Below are positions 41,100 through 51,724 of a stretch of DNA of 64,000 nt, one piece after another (positions within the stretch are counted from its first letter, which is position 1; every line of letters starts with the position of its first letter). This DNA comes from Bacillales bacterium UBA5578 (GTDB lineage: Bacteria; Bacillota_I; Bacilli_A; RF39; UBA660). The notes under the pieces are model-generated. The model was not told the DNA's origin and did not search any database. It worked only from the letters and a program-made list of their open reading frames with translations. Location: contig DIMA01000018.1 in assembly GCA_002425325.1 (NCBI GenBank), forward strand, positions 8,259-72,258, given 5' to 3'. The position numbers and the translations under genes were made by a program.

Positions 41100-42170
41100 A
41101 TGGAATATGTAATAATAGGTTTATTGGTATTAATAATAATATTAATTATTATTTTATTTATAAAACAAAAGAATAATGAAAATATAGTTGAGAGATTATC
41201 AAAAATAGAAGTTAATATGGTAAAAGAAATAGGTGATTTCAAACTTGATTTTTCACATAATATTAACGATGATTTTAATACTTTAAACGAAAAGATTGAT
41301 TATAGATTAAGATTAATTAGTGATAAAGTAAATGAAAGACTTGATGAAAATTTTGAAAAAACAAACAAGACTTTTGCTACAGTATTAGAAAGAATTAGTA
41401 AAATAGATGAAGCTCAAAAGAAAATAGATAGTTTATCGAATGATATTGTTTCATTACAAGGGATACTAACTGATAAAAAAACAAGAGGTATATTTGGTGA
41501 AGTAAATCTAGAACATATAATGGCTAATATATTTGGACCTAATAATGATAAAATATATAAGATGCAATATTCATTTGATAATAATACAATTGCAGATTGT
41601 GCTTTATTTGCACCTGAACCATTAGGTTTAGTAGCAATAGACTCTAAGTTTCCACTTGAAAATTATCAAATTATGGTAGATAAGAAAAATAGTACATCTA
41701 TAAGAGATAATGCAGAAAAGTTATTTAAAACAGATATGAAAAAACATATTGATGCTATTAGTTCAAAATATATTATTCCTGGTGTTACATCAGATCAAGC
41801 AATACTATTTTTACCTGCAGAAGCAATATTTGCAGAATTAAATGCATATCATACTGAAATTCTAGATTATGCTTTTAAGAAAAGAGTATGGATTACTAGC
41901 CCAACAACATTAATGAGTACTTTAACAACAATTCAAGTTATTATGAAAAATATGGAAAGAGATAAGTATGCTAAAGTAATACATAATGAATTAGTATTAT
42001 TAGATACAGAATTTAAAAGATATAAAGATAGATGGGATAAATTATATAGAAGTATTGAAACTGTTAGTAAGGATGTTAAAGACATTCATACAACAACAGA
42101 AAAAATAACAAAAAGATTTGATAGTATTAATCAAGTTGAAATGGATTCGTTAGATTATACTGCTGAATAA
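41100..42170 (+). CDS. rmuC: DNA recombination protein RmuC
   Basis: K.RG.FGEV.LE, IDSKFPLENY, HI..I..KYI.PG.T, FLPAEAIFAE, SPTTLM. Confidence 0.92.
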   Translation: MEYVIIGLLVLIIILIIILFIKQKNNENIVERLSKIEVNMVKEIGDFKLDFSHNINDDFNTLNEKIDYRLRLISDKVNERLDENFEKTNKTFATVLERISKIDEAQKKIDSLSNDIVSLQGILTDKKTRGIFGEVNLEHIMANIFGPNNDKIYKMQYSFDNNTIADCALFAPEPLGLVAIDSKFPLENYQIMVDKKNSTSIRDNAEKLFKTDMKKHIDAISSKYIIPGVTSDQAILFLPAEAIFAELNAYHTEILDYAFKKRVWITSPTTLMSTLTTIQVIMKNMERDKYAKVIHNELVLLDTEFKRYKDRWDKLYRSIETVSKDVKDIHTTTEKITKRFDSINQVEMDSLDYTAE

Positions 42171-42241
42171 GTTAATAAAAAAAAGGTAGGTAAAACTATC
42201 TTTTTTATTAATATTTTTGTATAATTATAATAGGTGATAAT

Positions 42242-44380
42242 ATGGAAGATAAAATTATTGAAATATTAAAAACAGAAAAAAGAGCATTAACTGTTCATGA
42301 ATTAGAAACTATATTAGAATTTGATAGTGTTGAACAATTAAAAGAATTATTAAAAGTATTAAATGATTTAGAAGATAAAGCACTAGTTTTCCATACTAAA
42401 AAAGATAAATATATGTTATTTGAAGAAAGTAATTCTAGAGTAGGATTATTACAAGTGACATCACGTGGTACAGGTTATGTATTAATGGAATCAGGAGAAG
42501 AAATTAAAATATATCCTGAAAATTTAAATGGAGCTTTAAATAAAGATAGAGTAATTGTTAATATTACTGATAATCAAGCTAAACCTAATGAAGGAAAAGT
42601 AGTTAGAATTGTAGAAAGAGCAAATAGTAATGTGGTTGGAACAATTTATTTCCATAAGAATAAAATATACGTTAAACCAGATGATAAAAAAATTAATGTT
42701 AATATTTTAATAGAAAAGAATTACTATAATAATTTAGTAGAAGGACACAAAGTACTTGTTAAATTATTAGGATTAAATAAAGATGGGGAATATAATTCTG
42801 AAATTATTAAAATAATTGGACATATTAATGACCCAGGTGTAGATGTATTATCTGTAATGGCTAAACATAATATTAATGATGTATTTCCAAAGGAAGTAAT
42901 GGAACAAGTTGAAAGTGAAATACCTAGTGAAATTACAGAAGAAGAAATAAAAGAGCGTTTATCTCATACTGGAAAAGATTTAAGAGATGAAATTATATTC
43001 ACAATAGATGGTGATGATACTAAAGATATAGATGATGCTATATCAATTGAAAAATTAGAAAATGGTAATTATAAATTAGGTGTTCATATCGCTGATGTTA
43101 GTTACTATGTAAAAGAAAATTCACCATTAGATGAAGAAGCTTTATCAAGAGGTACAAGTGTTTATTTAGCTGATAGAGTAACACCAATGTTACCTCATGA
43201 ATTATCAAATGGTATATGTTCATTAAATCCAAATGTAGATAGATTTGCTTTATCTTGTATTATGGAAATTGATCCTCAAGGTGAAGTAGTAAATTATGAT
43301 ATATTTGATAGTATTATTCGCTCAAGAATACAAATGACTTATAAAAAAGTAAATAAAATATTAGAAGAAAATATTATATCTGAAGGTTATGAAGAATATG
43401 CTTCTAAATTATATTTAATGGCTGAATTAGCTCAAATATTAAGAAAAAATAAAGTATCAAAAGGATATATTGATTTTGATTTAGATGAAGCAAAAATAAT
43501 AGTAGATGAAGATGGAAATGCTATAGATGTAGTATTAAGAGAAAGAGGAACAGGAGAAAAATTAATAGAAGACTTCATGATATGTGCTAATGAAACAGTA
43601 GCAACTCATTTCTATAATATGGAATATCCTTTAGTATATCGTGTTCATGGTGAACCAAATGAAGAAAAGATAACTAATTTCTTACATTTAGTTAGCATAT
43701 TAGGTTATAATGTAAAAGCAAATCTTAATAAGATTACACCATTAGTAATACAAAGTATGCTAGAACAATTAAAAGATAAGAAAGAATATTATATATTATC
43801 TAGTCAAATGTTAAGAAGTATGCAAAAAGCTGTATATGATACAAAGAATATTGGACACTTTGGTTTAGCTAGTAAAATATATTGTCATTTTACATCACCA
43901 ATTAGAAGATATCCTGATTTATCTGTACATAGATCAATTAGAAAATGTTTATTAAATCCAGAAGTAACTCTTGAAACAATTAATAAATGGGAAGGTAGAT
44001 TACCTTATATTGCTGAACAATCATCAGCTAAAGAAAGAGCATCTATTGAATGTGAAAGAGAAGTAGATGATATGAAGATGGCAGAATATATGGAAAAACA
44101 CATTGGAGAAGAATATCATGGTATAATAACTGGTGTTATGAGTTTTGGATTCTTTGTTCAATTACCAAACATGATTGAAGGATTAGTTAGAGTAGAAGAT
44201 ATAAAAGGTGACTTTTATACTTATGATGAATCTACATTTAGTTTAATTGGTAGTAAGAATAAACGCGGATATAGATTAGGTGACGAAGTTGATGTAATTT
44301 GTAAAGCAGCAAGCAAAGAAAATCATACCGTAGATTTTGTTATTAAGGGGATGGAAGATACATGCAAAAAAGAAAACTAA
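42242..44380 (+). CDS. rnr: Ribonuclease R
   Basis: TIDGDDTKDIDDA, VHIADVS, HFTSPIRRYPDL, C-terminal S1 domain. Confidence 0.96.
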   Translation: MEDKIIEILKTEKRALTVHELETILEFDSVEQLKELLKVLNDLEDKALVFHTKKDKYMLFEESNSRVGLLQVTSRGTGYVLMESGEEIKIYPENLNGALNKDRVIVNITDNQAKPNEGKVVRIVERANSNVVGTIYFHKNKIYVKPDDKKINVNILIEKNYYNNLVEGHKVLVKLLGLNKDGEYNSEIIKIIGHINDPGVDVLSVMAKHNINDVFPKEVMEQVESEIPSEITEEEIKERLSHTGKDLRDEIIFTIDGDDTKDIDDAISIEKLENGNYKLGVHIADVSYYVKENSPLDEEALSRGTSVYLADRVTPMLPHELSNGICSLNPNVDRFALSCIMEIDPQGEVVNYDIFDSIIRSRIQMTYKKVNKILEENIISEGYEEYASKLYLMAELAQILRKNKVSKGYIDFDLDEAKIIVDEDGNAIDVVLRERGTGEKLIEDFMICANETVATHFYNMEYPLVYRVHGEPNEEKITNFLHLVSILGYNVKANLNKITPLVIQSMLEQLKDKKEYYILSSQMLRSMQKAVYDTKNIGHFGLASKIYCHFTSPIRRYPDLSVHRSIRKCLLNPEVTLETINKWEGRLPYIAEQSSAKERASIECEREVDDMKMAEYMEKHIGEEYHGIITGVMSFGFFVQLPNMIEGLVRVEDIKGDFYTYDESTFSLIGSKNKRGYRLGDEVDVICKAASKENHTVDFVIKGMEDTCKKEN

Positions 44381-45552
44381 AACCAGTTGTTAAAAATATA
44401 TTATTCTTATCTATAATAGTTGTAATAGCTGGTATAGTTCTTGCTGTATTTACATTAAATAATAATGATAAAAAGAAAACAGAAGAGAAACCTAATATCG
44501 AACAAAAAGAAGAAGTAAAAGAAGAACCAGTTGAAGAAGAAGTTGAAGAACCAACTGAAAAAAGAATGTCTATTGTTATGACAGGAGATGCATTATTACA
44601 TGGTGCAGTATTTATGGATGCATATAAAAATGGTAAATATGATTTTACTAGTATGTTTACTTTAATAGCGCCAATTGTAAAAAAATATGATTTAAAATAT
44701 TATAATCAAGAAACAATTATTGGTGGAGGAGCACCTGCTCATTATCCAAGATTTAACTCTCCTAAAGCTATTGGTGATAATTTAACAAGTATAGGATTTA
44801 ACCTTGTAAGTCTTGCTAATAATCATACATTAGATAGAGGAGAGAGTGGTTTAAAACATTCTGTTAATTATTGGAAAACAAAAGCAACAGTTGTTACTGC
44901 AGGATCATATGGATCAAAAGCAGAAAGAGATGAAGTTCCAGTTTATGAAAGAAATGGAATTAAATATGCGTTTTTAGCTTATACTACTTGTACTAATGGA
45001 TTAAGTACACCTGCAGGAAAAAGCTATTACTTAAATGTATATAGTAATGCATTAGCGAAAAAAGATATAGATCAAGCTAAGAAAAATGGTGCAGAAGTAA
45101 TTATAGTAGCAATGCACTGGGGAGTAGAATATACTCATAAACCAAATAATGAACAAAAGACTATAGCAAAATATTTATCTAGTCAAGGTGTTAATTTAAT
45201 AATTGGATCACATCCCCATGTTATTCAACCAATTGAATATGTTGGAGAAACATTAGTGGTGTATTCTTTGGGAAATTTAATATCTGCTCAAAGAGTAATG
45301 GGAATTGAAAAAATTATCGGATTATTAGTTGGTACAGATATTGTAGTTAAAGATGGTAAGGTTACTTTTGAAAATACAGGATTTGAGTTGTTATATACTT
45401 ATTACACTGCTTCAAATAGAAACTTTAAAGTATATCCATTTAGTAAATTGACAACAAAAGTATTAAGTAATCATGCATCATTAAATAAAAAGTATCGTAA
45501 AATTGTAGATCCAGGGGGGAAATTTAATGGAACTAAAGAACAAACGAGCTAA
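44362..45552 (+). CDS. CapA/PgsA-family metallophosphatase-like membrane protein
   Basis: [39 protein letters not shown]. Confidence 0.88.
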   Translation: MQKRKLKPVVKNILFLSIIVVIAGIVLAVFTLNNNDKKKTEEKPNIEQKEEVKEEPVEEEVEEPTEKRMSIVMTGDALLHGAVFMDAYKNGKYDFTSMFTLIAPIVKKYDLKYYNQETIIGGGAPAHYPRFNSPKAIGDNLTSIGFNLVSLANNHTLDRGESGLKHSVNYWKTKATVVTAGSYGSKAERDEVPVYERNGIKYAFLAYTTCTNGLSTPAGKSYYLNVYSNALAKKDIDQAKKNGAEVIIVAMHWGVEYTHKPNNEQKTIAKYLSSQGVNLIIGSHPHVIQPIEYVGETLVVYSLGNLISAQRVMGIEKIIGLLVGTDIVVKDGKVTFENTGFELLYTYYTASNRNFKVYPFSKLTTKVLSNHASLNKKYRKIVDPGGKFNGTKEQTS

Positions 45553-45964
45553 TTATGACTATGAAATAGAAGAAACATATGAAGCCGGAATTGTACTAAC
45601 TGGTACAGAAATAAAATCTATTAGAGATGGTAAAGCTCAATTAAAAGATAGTTATGCTATTGTTAAAAATGGAGAAGTATTTATCTTAAATATGCATATT
45701 AGTCCATATGATAAAGGTAATATATTTAATCATGAAGAGACTAGAACTAGAAAATTATTATTAAATAAAAAAGAAATATATAAGATTAGAGATTCAATAG
45801 ATAGAGAAGGATATACTCTTATACCAGTTAAATTATATTTTAAAGGTAATAGAGCTAAAATATTATTAGGTATTGCAAGAGGTAAAAAGACTTATGATAA
45901 GAGAGAATCTTTAAAGAAAAAAGATATGCAAAGAGAGATAGAAAAACAGTTAAAAAGATATTAA
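45527..45964 (+). CDS. smpB: SsrA-binding protein
   Basis: [32 protein letters not shown]. Confidence 0.97.
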   Translation: MELKNKRANYDYEIEETYEAGIVLTGTEIKSIRDGKAQLKDSYAIVKNGEVFILNMHISPYDKGNIFNHEETRTRKLLLNKKEIYKIRDSIDREGYTLIPVKLYFKGNRAKILLGIARGKKTYDKRESLKKKDMQREIEKQLKRY

Positions 45965-46084
45965 GTTTAAAGATAATTCTTTAAACTTTTTTGTTAAATA
46001 AAATAATTATAGTGTATTGCAAATACTTTTAAAATAATATATACTTATATTGTAAAACATAATACGCGAAAGGAAGTGTGCTTA

Positions 46085-46351
46085 ATGCAAATTACATCTG
46101 TAAATGTCAAAAAATTTGACAAAGAAGACTCAAAAATGAAAGGAATCGCTTCAGTAATACTTGATGATTGTTTTGTAATTCGTGATATCAGAATTATAGA
46201 AAAAGAAGAAGGTTTATTTATTGCAATGCCTAGTAGAAGAAAAGGTGATGGAGAGTATCATGATGTAGCTCATCCAATTAATCAAGAAACTAGACAAATG
46301 TTTGAAGAAACTATATTAAAAGCATATGAAACTGCTGATTCAGAAGAATAA
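46085..46351 (+). CDS. spoVG: Septation regulator SpoVG
   Basis: MQIT.V, FVI.DIRII, LFIAMPSR, DVAHPIN.ETR. Confidence 0.93.
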   Translation: MQITSVNVKKFDKEDSKMKGIASVILDDCFVIRDIRIIEKEEGLFIAMPSRRKGDGEYHDVAHPINQETRQMFEETILKAYETADSEE

Positions 46352-46409
46352 AAGTCACAATTGTGACTTTTTTATTTTATATATTCATATAATGTAATAG
46401 GAGGTATAT

Positions 46410-46685
46410 ATGGAAAATGATATACAATTTAATCATAGTATTACATTAAATGAAAGAAAAAATCTATTAGTAACAGGTGTAAAGAAAATAGATCATTTTG
46501 ATACTAATGAATTTTTGATTGAAACTAATATGGGATATTTATATATAAAAGGATCTGAATTAGAATTAATAAAATTAGATACATTTAAAGGTAATGTAAC
46601 TATAAAAGGTATAGTAAATAGTATGGTGTATAATGATAAAGATAAAGTAAAAGAAGATGGAATTATATCGAGATTATTTAAATGA
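46410..46685 (+). CDS. yabP: Sporulation protein YabP
   Basis: H.I.L..RK.L.VTGVK.I..FD...L.ET..G.L.IKG..L; precedes yabQ-divIC. Confidence 0.88.
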   Translation: MENDIQFNHSITLNERKNLLVTGVKKIDHFDTNEFLIETNMGYLYIKGSELELIKLDTFKGNVTIKGIVNSMVYNDKDKVKEDGIISRLFK

Positions 46686-46945
46686 TAGAATTAGCTTATC
46701 AATTTAAAATAATAATTTATTCCATATTATATTCACTAGTTTTTACATACTCCTTTATATTATGTAAAAATTATTTATGTGTTAATAATTATGTATTTAA
46801 AACAATTAATACAATTACATTTTACTTATTCTTTTCTATAATGTACTTTATAGGATTAGAAATAGTATGTAATGGTATTTTACACTTTTATTCTATTTTA
46901 ACTATATTTTTTGTAGGTTATATTGCTACAAAGTATAATAAATGA
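46682..46945 (+). CDS. YabQ-like small membrane protein
   Basis: Three hydrophobic segments, NG.L pattern, position between yabP and divIC. Confidence 0.55.
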   Translation: MIELAYQFKIIIYSILYSLVFTYSFILCKNYLCVNNYVFKTINTITFYLFFSIMYFIGLEIVCNGILHFYSILTIFFVGYIATKYNK

Positions 46946-46968
46946 TAAAATGTGTTTAAGGTGATACT

Positions 46969-47418
46969 ATGGCCAAGGAGAAGAAAAAAAGTAGTGCTAG
47001 TAAGGTTAGATTAATGACATTTGGAACATTATCAGTTGTATTAGTGCTTATATTTTTTATTACTTTATTTTCTAATTTATATACATTGTATAAAGTAGAG
47101 GAAGAGAAAACAAAAAAAGAAAATGAATATGCTGTATTACAAGATAAGACAGATGAATTAAAAACAGAAATTATAAAGTTAAAAGATCCAGAGTATTTAG
47201 CAAAATTTGCTAGAGAAAATTATTCATATTCAAAAAAAGATGAAATAATAATCAAAATAGATAAAAAAGAAAAAGAAGAAGAAAAAGAAAATTCAAAAGC
47301 ATTAACTTCTACATCTGATTTTCATGGGGAATGGATTATCTTCGCTTGTGTTGTAGGTTTTATTTTAATATTAGCTTATGCATTTATTAAAAGTAGATAT
47401 AAAACAAAAGAACAATAA
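46969..47418 (+). CDS. divIC: Septum formation initiator DivIC/FtsB with extra C-terminal TM
   Basis: TM, coiled coil, L.DPEYLAKFARE.Y.YSK..E.II. Confidence 0.82.
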   Translation: MAKEKKKSSASKVRLMTFGTLSVVLVLIFFITLFSNLYTLYKVEEEKTKKENEYAVLQDKTDELKTEIIKLKDPEYLAKFARENYSYSKKDEIIIKIDKKEKEEEKENSKALTSTSDFHGEWIIFACVVGFILILAYAFIKSRYKTKEQ

Positions 47419-47443
47419 AAAAAGAATATTTAAATATTCTTTT

Positions 47444-47980
47444 TTATTTTAATTTATTAATAACTTTAGTATTATCAATCATTTCAAATTTTTTCATTGG
47501 TTCATAATTCTTAGCTTTAGCTACCATACTGGTAGGAAATTTATCTATTTTTTTATTATAATTATCCACTAAATCATTATAATATTGTTTTAAAGCCATT
47601 ATTTCAGCTTCAGTTTCTATTAAGTCTATTTCTACTTTAGTATATTCATCTGCTTTTTTTAATTCAAAATTATCTAATCCATAAACATGAAATTCTTTAA
47701 TAGCACCATATAATTTTTTATCTAAAGTATAGTTATCTAATTTTTTTTCTTTTATTTCATCTATTGTTTTAATAGTTATATTATCTTTGTTTAGATGTTT
47801 TTTAATTACATCAATAGATTTACTTAATAAATCAAATCTTTTATTTAAAACATTTTCTATATTTGAAACAGCTTCATCTATTCTAATAATATCTTCATTA
47901 AAAGAATCTAATGAAGTGATTATAACCACTATCATTGTACTAATTAATATGATTAATATAATTGCTATTGCTAATAACAT
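47444..47980 (-). CDS. LemA family protein
   Basis: N-terminal TM, EA.SNI...L.KRFDL, YYN..V..YN..I..FP...VA. Confidence 0.82.
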   Translation of the reverse strand: MLLAIAIILIILISTMIVVIITSLDSFNEDIIRIDEAVSNIENVLNKRFDLLSKSIDVIKKHLNKDNITIKTIDEIKEKKLDNYTLDKKLYGAIKEFHVYGLDNFELKKADEYTKVEIDLIETEAEIMALKQYYNDLVDNYNKKIDKFPTSMVAKAKNYEPMKKFEMIDNTKVINKLK

Positions 47981-48028
47981 ACTATCACCATAATAATTAT
48001 AACAAAGATATAATTATTTTACAATTAT

Positions 48029-48343
48029 TTAGATGTTTGGATAGAATGACTCACTTGTATTTATATTCTCATCAAATTTAATAAAATTAATATAAATAAG
48101 TAATAATAAATACCAATTTCCAGTATTAGGATCACTTATAATTACATGATCTTTTCCTGATTGTTCAATAATTCCTCTAAATATTCTATCTTTCCATTCT
48201 ATTGAATCAGCAAAAGACATATATATTTCTACATTCTTACCTCTATTTAATCTTAATATATTTTCAATATAAGATTGCTCATCATTGTTTGTATACATTG
48301 AAGTATCAATATAATTATTATTAATAAAAATCATCCTTTCCAT
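48029..48343 (-). CDS. gerQ: Spore coat protein GerQ (exact start uncertain)
   Basis: EQSYIENILRLNRGK, F.GIIE..G.DH.IISDP.TG..YLLL.IY. Confidence 0.88.
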   Translation of the reverse strand: MERMIFINNNYIDTSMYTNNDEQSYIENILRLNRGKNVEIYMSFADSIEWKDRIFRGIIEQSGKDHVIISDPNTGNWYLLLLIYINFIKFDENINTSESFYPNI

Positions 48344-48452
48344 ATATTATATTTACTTGTTTTTTATTTATGCTTAAATTGACAATTTACCTTATTTTAT
48401 GTTAATATTATCTCGTCAAAAGTGACTTCTTTTTTTATATATGGAGGTATGT

Positions 48453-49304
48453 ATGTCTAAGATAATTGTTATACCAAATACTATAGATAATATTTCTAAT
48501 ATAGATGCAGATGCAATATTATTAGGAATAAATGGATATAGTGTTAATACATTAAATATTAATATAGAGGATTTAGATTTATTAAACTATAATGGTGATT
48601 TATTTATTTCTTTAAATAAAAATTTAATGAATGAAGATTTAGTTATTATAGAAAATATATTAGTTAAACTTAATAACTATAATATAAAAGGTGTATTTTA
48701 TTATGATGTAGGTTTATTAAATATAGCAAATAGATTAGATTTAAACTATAGTTTAATATGGTCTGCAGAACATTTAACAACTAATTATTTTACAATTAAT
48801 TATTGGAAATCTAAGGGAGTAAGTGGAACATTTTTATCAAATGAAATTACTATAGATGAAATGTTAAGTATTAGAGATAATACTGATTCAATATTAATTG
48901 CTCAAATGTTTGGATATATTCCTATGTATGTATCTAAAAGACACGCAGTTAAGAATTATATTAAAAATTTTAATTTAGATTCAAATAGTAATAAATATTA
49001 TATATATAAAGAAGAGAAAAAATATTCGATTGTAGATAATGAAGATGGAACAATGATATATTCTTCATTTATATTAAATGGATTAGAAGAATACTTAAAC
49101 AATATTGATAAGTTTGATTATATATTAATTAATGGATATGAAATAAGTGATGAAAATTTAATTAAGGCAATTGATATTTATAAAAACATTAATAAAGATA
49201 ATTTAGATAAATCAGAAAAAATGTTAAGTGATATGTTTGATAATTTAGGAAAAGGGTTCTTGCATGAAGAATCAATTTATAGGGTGAAGAGAAATGATAA
49301 ATAA
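48453..49304 (+). CDS. U32 peptidase family protein (YrrN-like)
   Basis: TNY..INYW...G....LSNEI, FGY.PM..SKR; paired with the next U32 gene. Confidence 0.75.
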   Translation: MSKIIVIPNTIDNISNIDADAILLGINGYSVNTLNINIEDLDLLNYNGDLFISLNKNLMNEDLVIIENILVKLNNYNIKGVFYYDVGLLNIANRLDLNYSLIWSAEHLTTNYFTINYWKSKGVSGTFLSNEITIDEMLSIRDNTDSILIAQMFGYIPMYVSKRHAVKNYIKNFNLDSNSNKYYIYKEEKKYSIVDNEDGTMIYSSFILNGLEEYLNNIDKFDYILINGYEISDENLIKAIDIYKNINKDNLDKSEKMLSDMFDNLGKGFLHEESIYRVKRNDK

Positions 49305-50493
49305 ACCAGAGTTATTAGCACCAGCAGGTGATTTAGAAAGACTTAAAGTAGCACTATTATATGGAGCTGATGCTGTATATTGTGGTGGTCCTGCTTTTGG
49401 ATTAAGGGCTAATGCTACAAACTTTACATTTGAAGAATTAAAAGAAGGTGTAGAATTTGCTCATTCACTTAACAAAAAAGTATATGTAACTGTAAACATA
49501 GTTTTACATAATAGAGAAGGAAATGAATTATTAGATTATCTAAAACAATTAAATGAAACTAATGTAGATGCTATTATAGTAAGTGATCCTTATATAATTG
49601 ATATGGCAATAAAGTATACGGATTTAGAAGTTCACTTATCTACACAACAATCTACAATGAATAAAGAAGCATGTAAATTTTTCTTAGAACAAGGTGTAAA
49701 GAGAATTGTACTTGCGAGAGAATGTAATAAAGAACAAGTTAGAGAAATAATTAATGAAGTTCCAATAGAAATAGAAACATTTATTCATGGTGCAATGTGT
49801 GCTGGAATAAGTGGTAGATGTGTTTTATCTAATTTCTTAACAAATCGTGATGCAAATAGAGGTGGATGTAGCCAAATTTGTAGATGGGATTTTCAATTAT
49901 ATGATGAAAAAGATAATTACATAGAAGGTGAAAAAGATTTCACGTTATGTAGTAAAGATTTATCATTACTTGAATTTATTCCTGAAATGATAGATATGGG
50001 AATTAAATCATTTAAAATAGAAGGAAGAATGAGATCTATATATTATATTGCAACAGTAGTATCAATATATAGAAAAGTAATTGATGAATATTGTAATCAA
50101 AAAGAAACATATGCATATAATAAGGAATATGAGAAGATACTTAGAAGATGTGCTAATAGAGATTCAGTAGCGCAATTCTTTAATGGTAACTATGATTATA
50201 CTTGTAGTTATTATAATGGACGTATGGAAGTATCTAATCAAGATTTCTTAGGACAAGTATTAGAATATGATGAAGAAAAAAAATTAGTTATTATGGAGCA
50301 AAGAAATTATTTTGAAAAAGGAGACGAAGTAGAAATATTTAGTCCTAATAAAGAAACTATTTCATTTATTATTGATGAAATATATGATGAAGATGATAAT
50401 TTAATAGATGTAGTAAGACATCCAAAACAAATTTTTAAAATTCCTTTTGATATTAAATTAGATAAATGGGATTTAATGCGAAAAAAATATTGA
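49294..50493 (+). CDS. U32 peptidase family protein (YrrO-like, tRNA hydroxylation)
   Basis: PELLAPAG, HLSTQ, HGAMC...SGRC, NRGGCSQ.CRW, KIEGRMRS. Confidence 0.9.
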   Translation: MINKPELLAPAGDLERLKVALLYGADAVYCGGPAFGLRANATNFTFEELKEGVEFAHSLNKKVYVTVNIVLHNREGNELLDYLKQLNETNVDAIIVSDPYIIDMAIKYTDLEVHLSTQQSTMNKEACKFFLEQGVKRIVLARECNKEQVREIINEVPIEIETFIHGAMCAGISGRCVLSNFLTNRDANRGGCSQICRWDFQLYDEKDNYIEGEKDFTLCSKDLSLLEFIPEMIDMGIKSFKIEGRMRSIYYIATVVSIYRKVIDEYCNQKETYAYNKEYEKILRRCANRDSVAQFFNGNYDYTCSYYNGRMEVSNQDFLGQVLEYDEEKKLVIMEQRNYFEKGDEVEIFSPNKETISFIIDEIYDEDDNLIDVVRHPKQIFKIPFDIKLDKWDLMRKKY

Positions 50494-50551
50494 CATTAAA
50501 AGCAAAAAGTAGTATCATTTGAAATGTTTATAAATAAAGGTTGGTGTTATT

Positions 50552-51025
50552 ATGAAAAAAGAAAATACAATCTACTTAACTGAAGAAGGTTTAGAAGAAA
50601 TCAAAAATGAATTAGAGGATTTAAAATTAGTTAAAAGACCAGCAATTATTCAAGCTTTAAAAGACGCAAGAGCTCAAGGTGACTTAAGCGAAAATGCTGA
50701 ATATGATGCGGCTAGAAATGATCAAGCTCAAGTTGAAGCTAGAATTCAAGAATTAGAAGCTATGATTGAAAAAGCTGAAATAATTAAAGAAGTAGATACA
50801 ACAAGTGTTTCATTAGGTACTAAAGTTACTATTGAGTATTTAGATGATAATGAACAAGAAGAGTATTCAATTGTTGGTAGTAAAGAAGCAGATCCTTTTA
50901 CAAATAAAATATCAAATGAATCTCCTATAGCACGTGCTATTTTAGGACATAAAGTAGGAGAAACTGTTAGCGTTGATAGTCCTAATGGAAAATATGACGT
51001 TAAAGTTGTTTCAATTTCAAAATAA
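50552..51025 (+). CDS. greA: Transcription elongation factor GreA
   Basis: AR.QGDLSENAEYDAA, IS.ESPIA.A.LG. Confidence 0.96.
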   Translation: MKKENTIYLTEEGLEEIKNELEDLKLVKRPAIIQALKDARAQGDLSENAEYDAARNDQAQVEARIQELEAMIEKAEIIKEVDTTSVSLGTKVTIEYLDDNEQEEYSIVGSKEADPFTNKISNESPIARAILGHKVGETVSVDSPNGKYDVKVVSISK

Positions 51026-51048
51026 AAAGATAGGTTAACTATCTTTTT

Positions 51049-51615
51049 TTATATTATTTTATCTATTATTCCATAATTTAATGCTTCTTCAGCGCTCATA
51101 AAATTATCTCTTTCAGTATCATTTTCAATCCTTTTAATATCTTGATTAGTATTTTTAGATAATATTTTATTTAATTTTTCTTTCGTTTTTAAAATATGCT
51201 CTGCAGCTATTTTAATTTCAGTTGCTTGTCCTTCAACTCCTCCTAATGGTTGATGAATCATTATTTCACTATTAGGTAAACAAAATCTTTTACCCTTTGT
51301 ACCACTTGATAATAAGAATGCTCCCATAGAAGCTGCCATTCCTATACATATAGTTTGAACATCACTTTTTATATAATTCATTGTGTCATATATTGCAAGT
51401 CCAGCACTTACACTACCACCGGGTGAATTAATATATATACTTATATCGTCATGACTTAATGAATCTAAATATAATAATTCAGCTATTACTATAGCAGCAC
51501 TATGATCTGTTATTTCATCACTTAACATAATAATTCTATCTTCTAACAATCTTGAATATAAATCATATACTCTTTCTGTACTATGTTTTTTTTCAATAAT
51601 ATTTGGAATAATCAA
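51049..51615 (-). CDS. clpP: ATP-dependent Clp protease proteolytic subunit
   Basis: [38 protein letters not shown]; probable TTG start at 51615 after AGGAG. Confidence 0.95.
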   Translation of the reverse strand: MIIPNIIEKKHSTERVYDLYSRLLEDRIIMLSDEITDHSAAIVIAELLYLDSLSHDDISIYINSPGGSVSAGLAIYDTMNYIKSDVQTICIGMAASMGAFLLSSGTKGKRFCLPNSEIMIHQPLGGVEGQATEIKIAAEHILKTKEKLNKILSKNTNQDIKRIENDTERDNFMSAEEALNYGIIDKII

Positions 51616-51724
51616 ATTATCAACTCCTATAATTATAATAGTCAATATATATTTAAATATTCAAAAAGTAATGACAAAGTATACATTTTTTGATAAAATT
51701 ATTATGAGAATAGAGGGTATTATT

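Noticed and set aside
45965-46084. tmRNA (ssrA) expected after smpB
   Set aside because: Gap is only ~120 bp and holds a terminator and promoter; no tmRNA ends.
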